Shown here: positions 18,973 through 27,769 of the stretch, piece after piece | Layout: every line of letters starts with the position of its first letter | Numbering within the stretch: the first letter of the stretch is position 1 | NCBI GenBank assembly: GCA_024638815.1 | Contig: JAHEJM010000005.1 | Span: forward strand, 27,040-91,039 | Reading direction: 5' to 3' | From: Acidimicrobiales bacterium | Lineage (GTDB): Bacteria; Actinomycetota; Acidimicrobiia; Acidimicrobiales; SZUA-35 | Length of the DNA stretch: 64,000 nt | Program-made: the position numbers and the translations under genes | The notes under the pieces: model-generated | What the model was told of the DNA's origin: nothing | The model's database searches: none | What the model saw: only the letters and a program-made list of their open reading frames with translations

Positions 18973-18995
18973 ATTGATCCATGTCTGCTATCAAT
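18973..18995. promoter_or_regulatory. LysR-type binding box (interrupted dyad ATTGAT-N11-ATCAAT)
   Basis: This is a perfect 6-bp inverted repeat with an 11-bp spacer (T-N11-A architecture). It sits in the AT-rich region between divergent soxB and the LysR gene, 18 nt upstream of the lysR ATG. Confidence 0.55.
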
Positions 18996-19012
18996 ACCGG
19001 TGAGTAGTCACG

Positions 19013-19942
19013 ATGAACCTGCGCCGCCTGGAATACTTCTGCGCCGTGGCCGATGAGCTCCACTTCAGCCGGGCGGCGGAGCGGTTGCACATGGCCCAGC
19101 CACCGTTGAGCCAGCAGATCCGCCGACTCGAGTCCGAGCTGGGGTTCGAGTTGTTCGAGCGCACGACGAGACGGGTCGTTCTGACCCCCAGAGGGCGTGA
19201 CCTGTATGACGACGCCCGACGGCTGGTGGCCGAAGCCCGTCGCCTCGAAAATCGGGTGGAGGAACTCCGTACCGGCCAGGCCGGCACGCTGCGGCTGGGC
19301 TTTGTCGACTCGGCCTCCTACGAGATCATGCCCCGCCTGGTCAGAGCGCTCCGCAGCCGGTGGCCGGCCGTCGAGTATCAGCTCCGCACTCTGTCGTCGG
19401 ACAGCCAGATCAAGGCGTTGCAGACCGGCGAGATCGATCTCGGTTTGGCCCGCACCGGGCCACCGGCACTGTCGCCCCCGGCCGGCGGGCCCGACGCTCC
19501 CCATGCAGGTGCGGTGACGTCCCTGCTCCTCACCGGCGAGCCCCTGGTGCTGGCGGTGGACGCCGATCACCCCCTGGCCCGGACCGCCTCGGTGGAGCTC
19601 TCAGCGCTGTCCGAGCAGCCGTTTGTGGGGTTCGATCGCATGATCTCACCTCGCCTTCATTTCGAGCTGGTCGAGCTACTGGCGACCTCCGGCGTGGACT
19701 ACGACCCGATCATCGAAGCCACCGACTACACCACGGTCGTCGGCCTGGTGGCCTCCGGTCACGGTGTGGCCCTGGTCCCGGCCGGAGTGCGCTGCTTCCA
19801 GCCACCATCGGTGGTCTATCTCGACATCAGTGACGAGGCGGCGGCCGTCTCGTTGCTCCTCCTTCATCGATCGGATGAGGAGTCCCTTCTGGTCGAACGG
19901 GCCACCGCAGTGGCTGTGGCCATGTTTGCTGATCATGCCTGA
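19013..19942 (+). CDS. LysR family transcriptional regulator
   Basis: The N-terminal HTH reads LRRLEYFCAVADELHFSRAAERLHMAQPPLSQQIRRLE, followed by a LysR substrate-binding domain. The gene is divergent from the sox operon. Confidence 0.9.
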   Translation: MNLRRLEYFCAVADELHFSRAAERLHMAQPPLSQQIRRLESELGFELFERTTRRVVLTPRGRDLYDDARRLVAEARRLENRVEELRTGQAGTLRLGFVDSASYEIMPRLVRALRSRWPAVEYQLRTLSSDSQIKALQTGEIDLGLARTGPPALSPPAGGPDAPHAGAVTSLLLTGEPLVLAVDADHPLARTASVELSALSEQPFVGFDRMISPRLHFELVELLATSGVDYDPIIEATDYTTVVGLVASGHGVALVPAGVRCFQPPSVVYLDISDEAAAVSLLLLHRSDEESLLVERATAVAVAMFADHA

Positions 19943-20070
19943 TCGTCTGGCAACGACGTCCTGGCAGCGGCCGACTTGCCTTCTCCTGACCTTTGCCCCT
20001 ACCAGGGTCCGATAGAATCGGCGACAAAGCAACTGTGGACAAGGTGAGGCAGCGGAGAGGCGAGACGACG

Positions 20071-20433
20071 ATGGAAGATGTGCGGATCATCCTGGCCGGT
20101 CTGTGGGTGGCCCTGATGCTTACCTACCTGCTGGGTGACGTCATGCGGATATTCGCCGGCGACTTCACCCCCGGTGAAATCGACGGTCGGGAGGCGTCGT
20201 CTTGGATGTGGGTACTCGCCGCTGCCGTCATGGTGATCCCAATTGCCATGCTCGTGCTCTCGCTTGTGCTCGACTACCCCGCCATACGGTGGGCGGCCAT
20301 AGGGGCCTCGGCCTTTCTCGTTTTGTTCAACCTGGTTGGTCTGCCCTATCCCGGCCTCTACGACAACCTGCTCATCGGCGCCGGCTTTGTCATCAATGGC
20401 CTGATCATCTACTACGCCTGGACCTGGACGTGA
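20071..20433 (+). CDS. small integral membrane protein (about 4 TM helices), unknown function
   Basis: I chose the ATG at 20071 (MEDVRIILAGLWVALMLTYLLGDV), which is preceded by GGAGAGG. The sequence is hydrophobic throughout. Confidence 0.6.
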   Translation: MEDVRIILAGLWVALMLTYLLGDVMRIFAGDFTPGEIDGREASSWMWVLAAAVMVIPIAMLVLSLVLDYPAIRWAAIGASAFLVLFNLVGLPYPGLYDNLLIGAGFVINGLIIYYAWTWT

Positions 20434-20482
20434 TCGTCGCCGATGCAGTACCGCCCCGCCCGGTGGCGGGCTCGACGTGAGC

Positions 20483-21667
20483 TCAGGGCCGAGGTTCCCG
20501 GGGTAGGCCGAGCACCCGCTCACCCAGGATGTTTCGCATGATGTTGGAGGTGCCACCCATGATGGTGTAGCCCGGAGCGTAGAACAGGCCCCGGCCGACA
20601 TCGCCGCACAGCTGGCTCTCGGGTCCGAGCACACGGTGTACGAACTGGGACACCTGCCACTCGTGCTCGGTGCAGAAGCACTTGGTGGCGGCGCTGAATC
20701 CGGCCGGCGCCTGCTTCATGACCTCCCGGTACACCAGCAACCGGCCAATGCGATAGCCGGCTTCCAGCCGGGCGATCTCCTGCCGGATCAGAGGATCGGA
20801 CCTGTCGGCCCGCCGGATGGCCAGATCGTAAAGCGCCTTGTTCGACACCAGCCGGTCGATACCGCCCCGCTCGTGCTCCAGCTGGACCATGGTCTGGCGG
20901 AACGCATTGCCTTCGACCCCGACCAGGTTCGCCACCGGCACCCGGACGTCGGTGAAGAAGATCTCACAGAAGTGGCGGCTTGTGGTCATGTCGGTAATGG
21001 GCCGGACTTCGATGCCGTCGGCGTCCATCGGTACCACGATCTCCGAGATGCCTCGATGGGGAGGTCCCTGGCTGGAGGTCCGGCAGATCAGGTAGCAGTA
21101 GTCGGCCACGTCCCCGAAACTGGTCCAGATCTTCTGGCCGTTGATGATCCAGCGGTCGTCGTTTCGTACGGCCGAGGTCTTCAACGAGGCCAGATCGGAC
21201 CCGGCATCGGGCTCGCTCATGCCGATGCACCAGGTGGCGTCAGCCGACAGCATCGGTGGCAGATAGCGGGCCTTCTGCTCATCGGTCCCGTAGGCGATGA
21301 AGGTTGGGCCGAATTGACGGTCGGCGACCCACATGGCGGCGATGGGGGCGCCGGCGGCAATCATCTCCTCGGCCACGATGACCCGTTCCAGCGGCGGCCG
21401 CTCCCGCCCCCCGTACTGTCGAGGCCAGCCCATGCCGATCCAGCCTTCATCGGCCATTCTCCGGGCGAACTCCTTCGAAAAGCCGTTGATCCAGCTGTCG
21501 TTGAACCGCCCGTGCTCGGCCACACCCTCGGCGGCTACGGCACGGGCCTGCGCCCGTAGTGCCTCCTGGTCCGGGGTGAGGGCAAAGGACAACCCGCCGG
21601 TGGGCGAGCCATCACGAGAGCCTGACGTGGTCACGGCTCCATGATGCTGGTCGGCATCCACGGACAA
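20483..21667 (-). CDS. acyl-CoA dehydrogenase family protein
   Basis: Motifs include CIGMSEPDAGSDLASLKTSA and the C-terminal YTIMGGTSNIMRNILGERVLGLP. The start is uncertain. Candidates are TTG 21667, GTG 21634, or TTG 21592, the last giving MSFALTPDQE. Confidence 0.85.
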   Translation of the reverse strand: MSVDADQHHGAVTTSGSRDGSPTGGLSFALTPDQEALRAQARAVAAEGVAEHGRFNDSWINGFSKEFARRMADEGWIGMGWPRQYGGRERPPLERVIVAEEMIAAGAPIAAMWVADRQFGPTFIAYGTDEQKARYLPPMLSADATWCIGMSEPDAGSDLASLKTSAVRNDDRWIINGQKIWTSFGDVADYCYLICRTSSQGPPHRGISEIVVPMDADGIEVRPITDMTTSRHFCEIFFTDVRVPVANLVGVEGNAFRQTMVQLEHERGGIDRLVSNKALYDLAIRRADRSDPLIRQEIARLEAGYRIGRLLVYREVMKQAPAGFSAATKCFCTEHEWQVSQFVHRVLGPESQLCGDVGRGLFYAPGYTIMGGTSNIMRNILGERVLGLPREPRP

Positions 21668-21685
21668 GACACCGAAGCGGTCGGT

Positions 21686-22090
21686 TCAGCCGTTGGCCGG
21701 CCACGGCCGGCCGGGCCGAAAACCGATGTAGCGGGCCTTGGCCCGGAACCTCAGTGGTGTTTCCTCGTACTCCTCGAGCGCGTGGGCCAACCATCCCGGC
21801 GTTCGGGCCAGGGCGGAGATCAGCGTTCCGGCCTCGTTCCCCATGTCGGCCAGGTTGGTCAGGAGTCCGATGGCGAGGTCGATGGTGGGGTCCAGTCCCG
21901 ACCGCTGCGATGTCTGGTCGGTGATGATGTCAACCAGGGCCACACGACGATCGTCGGGCCACGCCCCACGCAATCGGGCCATCAGACACCGAAACCGGGG
22001 ATCGACACCCCGATACACCGAGTGCCCGAAACCGGGTAGTGATCCTGCGGTTCGCTGCCAGTCGGCGACGGCGGTCGGTGCAACTGCTCG
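21686..22090 (-). pseudogene. citrate synthase family, C-terminal fragment only (5'-truncated)
   Basis: The frame reads LPGFGHSVYRGVDPRF...ARTPGWLAHALEEYEE...RAKARYIG, which is the C-terminal third of citrate synthase. No canonical start precedes the GFGH motif, and homology is lost upstream of about 22090, where the opposite-strand paralog begins. Confidence 0.6.
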
Positions 22091-22790
22091 ATCAGCTCGA
22101 CCGGAACCTGCCGGGCCGAGCCGAAACCGGTGAACCCGCGGCCCGGGCGGTCGAGATCTATCTCGACCTCACCACCGATCATGGATTCAACGCCTCCACC
22201 TTCACCGCCCGCGTCATCACCAGTACCGGAGCCTCGGTCCCGTCGGCCCTGGCCGGGGCCACCGGTGCGCTGAGCGGGCACTCCATGGCGGTGCGCCGAG
22301 TCGAGTGCTGGACATGTTGGAACAGATCGGTTCCCCGGAGGCCACCGGGTCCTGGGCCCTTGATCGGCTGGCTCGGGGCCACAAGATCATGGGTTTCGGT
22401 GACGCCGTCTACCGGGCCGACGACCCGCGCTCAGCGGTTCTGAAGTCGGCAGCTCTGGACCTGGCCGCCGCCCTGCCGGCCCGGCCGACCACCACGGCGT
22501 CCGACGATGTCGATCCGGTCGGCCTGGTGGAGCGGGCCATGGAGGTCGAACATCGCATGCTGGCCGTGCTGCGGGCCCATCGACCCGATGCCGTGATCGT
22601 GACCAACGTGGAGTTCTACGCCGCCATCGTGCTCCACCTGGCCGGCCTGCCCCAGTCCATGTTCACCCCCACGTTCATGGTCAGTCGCATCGCCGGCTGG
22701 TCGGCCCACATCCTGGAACGGGCGACCGACAACAAGATCATGCGGCCCAGCGCCGCCTATGTCGGCCCGGAACCGGTTGTTACCGGCTGA
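22060..22790 (+). pseudogene. citrate synthase family (CitA-like), 5'-truncated and frameshifted
   Basis: The sequence reads LDLTTDHGFNASTFTARVITSTGASVPSALAGATGALSG, then a 1-nt loss at 22279-22280, then LHGGAPSRVLDMLEQIG...GFGDAVYRADDPR...TNVEFYAAIV...RIAGWSAHILE...RPSAAYVGP. The ~170-aa N-terminal domain is absent, and the catalytic GFGH histidine is replaced by Asp. Confidence 0.65.
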
Positions 22791-23785
22791 TCCCGATCGG
22801 CCGAGCCGGCGCCGGAACGGCCCCGAGGAAGTTGATCGAGCTCAACGTTGCCCCCCGACACGACGGCAACGACCGAGCGACCGGCGAACCGCTCCCGGTC
22901 GGCCGGCACGGCGGCCAGGGCAACGGCCCCCGACGGCTCGGCCACCAGCTTGGCCCCGGTCCACAGCAGTCGCATGGCCTCGACGATCTGTTCATCGGAC
23001 ACGGTCACGATGTCGTCCACCAGGCGCCGGATCAGCCGGAAGTTCTGATGTCCCAATGAGGTGAGCAGGCCGTCGGCGAGGGTGTCGGGGTCGGTCTGGG
23101 GCTGCCATCGCCCGGCGTGGAAGCTGCGGAAGGCGTCATCGGCGCCGGCCGGTTCGACACCGATGACCTCGGTATCGGACCAGAGGGAGCTGACAGCCAC
23201 CGCGACGCCGGCCAACAGGCCGCCACCGCCCACCGGGACGAGTACGACGTCGGGGCGCTCATCGAGTTGCCGGCTCAATTCCAGGCCGACCGTGCCCTGG
23301 CCGGCGATGACGGCGCGGTCGTCGTAGGGATGGATGAGCACGGCGCCGGTGTCGGCCTGGATTGCGGCCACCGTGGTCTCTCGTGCCTCCAGGGTTGGCT
23401 CGCATTCCACGATCGCCGCACCGTAGCCGGCCATGGCCGCCTTTTTCACCGCCGGGGCATTGGCCGGGACCACCACCCGGGCCGAGATACCTCGAGTACG
23501 GGCCGCCAGGGCCAGCGCAGCCCCGTGGTTTCCCGACGAGTGGGTGATGACGCCTCGGGCCGCCTGGTCGGCCTCGAGCAAAAACACTGCGTTGTGGGCT
23601 CCTCGTGCCTTGAATGCGCCGCCCTTCTGCAGGTTCTCGCATTTGAACCACAGCCTGCAGCCCAGCAACTCCGACAGCACATCGCACTCGATCAGCGGGG
23701 TTCGATGAACGAAGGGGGCGATCCGTTCGGCCGCGGCCAAGATGTCGGACATCGTGACCTCACCGATCGGACCGTGATCCGCCAT
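22757..23785 (-). CDS. PLP-dependent threonine/serine dehydratase (serine racemase-like, fold type II) family
   Basis: It has the PLP-lysine motif FKCENLQKGGAFKARGA, SSGNHG and the glycine loop VPVGGGGLLAG. The ATG at 23785 overlaps the upstream stop by 1 nt. The ATG at 23752 (MSDILAAAERI, with GAGGT upstream) is an equally good start. Confidence 0.8.
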   Translation of the reverse strand: MADHGPIGEVTMSDILAAAERIAPFVHRTPLIECDVLSELLGCRLWFKCENLQKGGAFKARGAHNAVFLLEADQAARGVITHSSGNHGAALALAARTRGISARVVVPANAPAVKKAAMAGYGAAIVECEPTLEARETTVAAIQADTGAVLIHPYDDRAVIAGQGTVGLELSRQLDERPDVVLVPVGGGGLLAGVAVAVSSLWSDTEVIGVEPAGADDAFRSFHAGRWQPQTDPDTLADGLLTSLGHQNFRLIRRLVDDIVTVSDEQIVEAMRLLWTGAKLVAEPSGAVALAAVPADRERFAGRSVVAVVSGGNVELDQLPRGRSGAGSADRDQPVTTGSGPT

Positions 23786-24900
23786 CAGGACCGATCTCCA
23801 ATGGGTACCTGAGCGCCTCCGGCCGCGGCGCTGGCCAGGGCGGCGTCCAGCACCCGTTGCACGGCCAGGCCTTCGGCGAAATCCGGCTGGACCGGGGTTC
23901 CGGCGGCGATGGCGTCGATCCATCCTCGGGTCATGGCACCGGTACGGCGGAATATGTGACGGTAGGTGTCATGGACCGAGCGCCGGGGTGACCCGTTCCA
24001 GATGTCGTCGGGAATGGGAAGCTCCACCATCGGCTCCTGCCCCCATTTGGCCCCGCTCACCCGCTGTACCGTCTGCCAATCACACAGTCCGTGCAGGGTT
24101 CCGTCGTCGCCGTGAACCTCGATCTGATGGCTTTGGCCGAACGTCCCAGGTTCCCAGGCCACGGCGGTCACCTGGAAGACACCATAGGCTCCCGATCGGT
24201 AGTCGACGGTGAACACCGCACTGTCCTCGCCCCGCTCGTAGTCCCTGCCGTCGGGCCGATCGGCTCGGGGAACCTGCCGGCGGGTTGTGGCCGAGACCGC
24301 CACCTCGTCGTCGTCGAGCAACCACCGGGCGATGTGGATCCAATGGGAGCCGAGGTCACCGAGTACGCCCGAGCCGGCCACGGCGTTGTCAAAGCGCCAG
24401 ACGTACTCCCCACCGTGGGCGAATCCGGTGTAATACCGCAGGTTCACGTGACGCACCGACCCGACGTAGCCCTCGGCGATGAGGCGCTTGATCCACCGGA
24501 ACATGGGCATGTAGCGGTAGGTGAACGGAACCATGGTGACCACACCAGCCACCCGGGCTCTGGTCACCAGGTCGGCGGCCTGGGCCACGTCGAGGCCCAG
24601 CGGTTTTTCGCACAGCACGTGAAGGCCGGCGTCGAGGGCGGCGGCACTCAGCGGGTGATGGCTGTCATTGGCCGAGGCCACGATGACGGCATCGACCTCG
24701 CCGGAGTCGATCATGGCCGCCGGGTCGGTGTAGGACCGGTCGATGCCCCAGCGCCGAGCGAAGTCCTCGGTCCGGGACGGGCTTCGGCCAACCACGGCAT
24801 CGACCACACAATGGTCGTGATCGACCAGGGCGGGAAGATACATACTGTCGGCCCACCAGCTGGTACCGACGACGCCGACCCGAACCGTCGGCGCCGTCAT
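23785..24900 (-). CDS. Gfo/Idh/MocA family oxidoreductase
   Basis: It has the N-terminal Rossmann fold VRVGVVGTSWWADSMYLPAL and the LCEKPLG motif. Confidence 0.85.
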   Translation of the reverse strand: MTAPTVRVGVVGTSWWADSMYLPALVDHDHCVVDAVVGRSPSRTEDFARRWGIDRSYTDPAAMIDSGEVDAVIVASANDSHHPLSAAALDAGLHVLCEKPLGLDVAQAADLVTRARVAGVVTMVPFTYRYMPMFRWIKRLIAEGYVGSVRHVNLRYYTGFAHGGEYVWRFDNAVAGSGVLGDLGSHWIHIARWLLDDDEVAVSATTRRQVPRADRPDGRDYERGEDSAVFTVDYRSGAYGVFQVTAVAWEPGTFGQSHQIEVHGDDGTLHGLCDWQTVQRVSGAKWGQEPMVELPIPDDIWNGSPRRSVHDTYRHIFRRTGAMTRGWIDAIAAGTPVQPDFAEGLAVQRVLDAALASAAAGGAQVPIGDRS

Positions 24901-24953
24901 CGGACGCCCCGGCGATAGCGGGGCAGGGGGATCATGTCGCGCCTGTCGCCCAC

Positions 24954-25970
24954 TCAGGCCTCGATCCGGGTGATGGCCACCGGTACCCAGCGAAGCACGT
25001 TGGTCACCTCCTCGTCGCCTTCGCCGTCCGGAGCCGGCCGATGGGCGTATCCGATGGTCTCATAGGCCCGTACCGTGGCGCCGTCGGCGTTGCGATGCTC
25101 GGCCAGCAGCCGGTGCTCGAACGACAGCAGATCACCCTCGAAGGCCGGGGCCAGGTGGCTGCAGGCATGCCAGGCGACGAAGCTGGCCAGCCTCGGCTCC
25201 ACCCGGGTCAACGAGGCCTGGGCCAGGGCCTGGACGTGGCCGCCATAGACCAGGCGCTGTCCGTACATCGTGGCCTGGGCATCCCGGTGGACGATGGCGC
25301 GGTTGTGGGTGAGCCGGACCAGCCCGGTGGCCTCGTCGATCACATCTCGCGTGACGTCGGAGCGGATCTCGGCCTCCCCCCATGGACCGGACATGGGGAG
25401 TGCATCGGCCTGCCACGACGACGGGATCAGGTCGACGTAGTCGGCGATGTCGGGATCTTCGGGAGCCGAGCCGGTGTCGCCGTCGTGGCCGGGCATCGTG
25501 TCGCCCCGGACCGGCAACAGCGCGCAGCGCTGGTAGTCCATCACCAGCTCGTCATCGGCCGTGGTCTGCATCCCGAGCAGAACCTTGCCCCGGTTCGGCC
25601 GATCCGGCCTCGGGGTGGCATCGGCCATGGCCAGGATGTGGATCCGGGTATGCAGGGTCTCGCCGAGGTGGACCGGACGCAGGATGCGCATGTTGCGGTA
25701 AAAGAGGTTGGCGATGGCCCGTCGAGTGGCGACCGTGGACTGGCCGACCGACAGGTTGGCCACCAGCCCGGGCGAGGCCAGGGGAGCCGATGCGCCGGTG
25801 ACGGCCGACGACAGTCGATGGTCGAGGCACACCGGCAGCACCTCGCCCACGATGGACTGGTACCAGGCGGCCAACCCCACATCCATTGTCACCGCCGGCT
25901 GGGGCTCCAGCTCCATGCCGGGGGCGAGATCATCGTAGAACGGACCATCAGCGGGAACGGGTGTACTCAT
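24954..25970 (-). CDS. MaoC-like double hotdog-fold acyl-CoA hydratase/dehydratase family (mesaconyl/itaconyl-CoA hydratase-like)
   Basis: 338 aa. The N-terminus FYDDLAPGMEL...AAWYQSIVGEVLPVCLD and two hotdog-like halves resemble two-domain MaoC hydratases. The specific reaction cannot be assigned. Confidence 0.5.
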   Translation of the reverse strand: MSTPVPADGPFYDDLAPGMELEPQPAVTMDVGLAAWYQSIVGEVLPVCLDHRLSSAVTGASAPLASPGLVANLSVGQSTVATRRAIANLFYRNMRILRPVHLGETLHTRIHILAMADATPRPDRPNRGKVLLGMQTTADDELVMDYQRCALLPVRGDTMPGHDGDTGSAPEDPDIADYVDLIPSSWQADALPMSGPWGEAEIRSDVTRDVIDEATGLVRLTHNRAIVHRDAQATMYGQRLVYGGHVQALAQASLTRVEPRLASFVAWHACSHLAPAFEGDLLSFEHRLLAEHRNADGATVRAYETIGYAHRPAPDGEGDEEVTNVLRWVPVAITRIEA

Positions 25971-26068
25971 AGGCTCCGAAGGGTAGTCGTGGCCCGGCGA
26001 TCGGTAGCGAATCGGACGCGACAGGCCCGATGGCGGATCCCGGCGATTCCCGGCCTCCGGCCCATCGA

Positions 26069-27520
26069 CTACCGGTCGGCGCCTACCGCAGACCAGGTGG
26101 CAAGCACGGCGTCCACGGCCCGATCGGCGTCGTCGAGGGTGGTGGCAACGTCACTGACGCTGATCCTCATGGCCCGCCGAGCGCGCCATGTCGTGGTTCC
26201 GAACCACGCCTCGCCACCCCCCTGGACCCCGGCGATCACGGCATCGGTCACCGAGTCGTCACCGAAGGCCACGAGGGCCTGGTTGAGCACGACCGGGGCC
26301 AGCAGCTCGGCCCCGCCTTCCGCCAGCCGCCGGGCCATATGGTGGGCCAGCCAACAGCAACGATCGACCAGAGCGGCCATGCCGTCGCGACCGAGCGTGG
26401 CGAAGGTGGCCAACAGGGGAACAGAGCGAGCCCGTTGCGACATCTGGGGACCCAGTTGCATGGGTTCCCGGCGGACGGCTGATCCGCCGGCCTCGCCGAC
26501 GCCGGGGATCCGGGCGTAGGCGGCATCGATTGCCATGGTGGACTCCAGCGGAGCGGGGTCGGCCACGATCAAGACCCCACAGTCGTAGGGGCTGTTGGGC
26601 CACTTGTGCCCGTCGGTGGCCCACGAATCGGCCCGATCGACCCCGACCACCTGATCCCGATACCGGGGCGAGACCGCGGCCCAGAGACCAAAGGCCCCAT
26701 CGACATGGATCCATGACCGATCCCGCAGACCCCGGGTCCGCAACACCTTGTCGATCTGGCCCACCGGGTCGCTGTGACCGGTGTTGACGTTTCCGCATTG
26801 GGCGATCACGAGAACCGGAGGCTGGATATGGGGAAGGCGGGCCGGATCGATCGCCCCGGCCCCGTCCACCGGGGCCCTGACGATCCGATCGGTCCCCAGC
26901 CCGGCCAGTCGCACCGCCTTGTCCACCGAGAGGTGGGCTTCAGCCGAGGTGACGACGGTTATCGGTGGCGCCCCCATCAGGCCGCTGCGGTCCACATCCC
27001 AGCCGTCGAGTCGAAGGAGATGATCTCGGGCGACGGTCACGGCATTCCAATTGGCCACGCTGGCCCCGCTGCACAACACGGCCGTCGCCCCGGCCGGCAG
27101 GCCGAGCAGCTCGACCAGCCACCGAGCCACCTGGGCATCGATACGGTGGGCCAGAGGCGACATCGTCGACATGGCGGCGTTCTGGTCCCAAGCCTGGGCC
27201 AGAACGGAGGCGGCCAATGCCGCCGGCTCCGTCCCACCGGTCACGAACCCGAAGTATCGCCCTCCGGTGGAACGGACCGCGGTGCGACGTCCGAGATCGG
27301 CCAGCAGGTCGAGCAGCTCCGATGGGGACATGGGCCGGTCGAGCGACAGATCGTCCAATCGTGCCAGCTCCTCGTGGAGTTCGGCGCCGGGATGCACCGG
27401 TGACGAACGCTCGATGGCCAGGTAGTCGGCCGCATGGTTGGCCGCCTGGCCGAACAGAGCAACCTTCTTCTCCGCGGAGGCCGTGGAGGACGCCTCCTGC
27501 GATGAGAAGGCCTTCTCCAA
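26069..27520 (-). CDS. pyridoxal-dependent (group II) amino-acid decarboxylase family
   Basis: 483 aa with SGASVANWNAVTVAR, HVDGAFGLWAAV and the PLP-lysine motif SWATDGHKW. Start codon is TTG. Confidence 0.8.
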   Translation of the reverse strand: MEKAFSSQEASSTASAEKKVALFGQAANHAADYLAIERSSPVHPGAELHEELARLDDLSLDRPMSPSELLDLLADLGRRTAVRSTGGRYFGFVTGGTEPAALAASVLAQAWDQNAAMSTMSPLAHRIDAQVARWLVELLGLPAGATAVLCSGASVANWNAVTVARDHLLRLDGWDVDRSGLMGAPPITVVTSAEAHLSVDKAVRLAGLGTDRIVRAPVDGAGAIDPARLPHIQPPVLVIAQCGNVNTGHSDPVGQIDKVLRTRGLRDRSWIHVDGAFGLWAAVSPRYRDQVVGVDRADSWATDGHKWPNSPYDCGVLIVADPAPLESTMAIDAAYARIPGVGEAGGSAVRREPMQLGPQMSQRARSVPLLATFATLGRDGMAALVDRCCWLAHHMARRLAEGGAELLAPVVLNQALVAFGDDSVTDAVIAGVQGGGEAWFGTTTWRARRAMRISVSDVATTLDDADRAVDAVLATWSAVGADR

Positions 27521-27546
27521 TGAGAGGGGGGCGGGACGGTCGATGA

Positions 27547-27744
27547 CTACTCCTCCACTACTTCAATGGCATATTCGGGGCAGTTGTCGATGGCAAGACG
27601 GGCCTTGTCGTACAGATCGGCCGGCACCACTCCCCCAAGACGTTCGAAGGCGTTGCCAAGATCGTCGACATCGAACAACTCCGGGGCGATGGTGTAACAC
27701 CGGTTGTGGCCCTGACACTTCCCGCCGACAACCCGGATTCTCAT
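27547..27744 (-). CDS. small [3Fe-4S]-type ferredoxin
   Basis: 65 aa from the ATG at 27744: MRIRVVGGKCQGHNRCYTIAPELF...AIDNCPEYAIEVVEE. The CxxHxxC...CP pattern is that of actinobacterial P450-type ferredoxins. The track ORF's upstream 38 codons are Arg-rich. Confidence 0.8.
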   Translation of the reverse strand: MRIRVVGGKCQGHNRCYTIAPELFDVDDLGNAFERLGGVVPADLYDKARLAIDNCPEYAIEVVEE

Positions 27745-27769
27745 GGTTCGACCTCCTCGTCGGGCACAC

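Noticed and set aside
20455-20470. Hairpin CCCGCC-CGGT-GGCGGG between the convergent membrane-protein and acyl-CoA dehydrogenase genes. A similar 14-nt palindrome CTGACGGCCGTCAG lies at 10376-10389 after the methyltransferase.
   Set aside because: The stems are only 5-6 bp with no U-tract, which is too weak to call terminators with any confidence.
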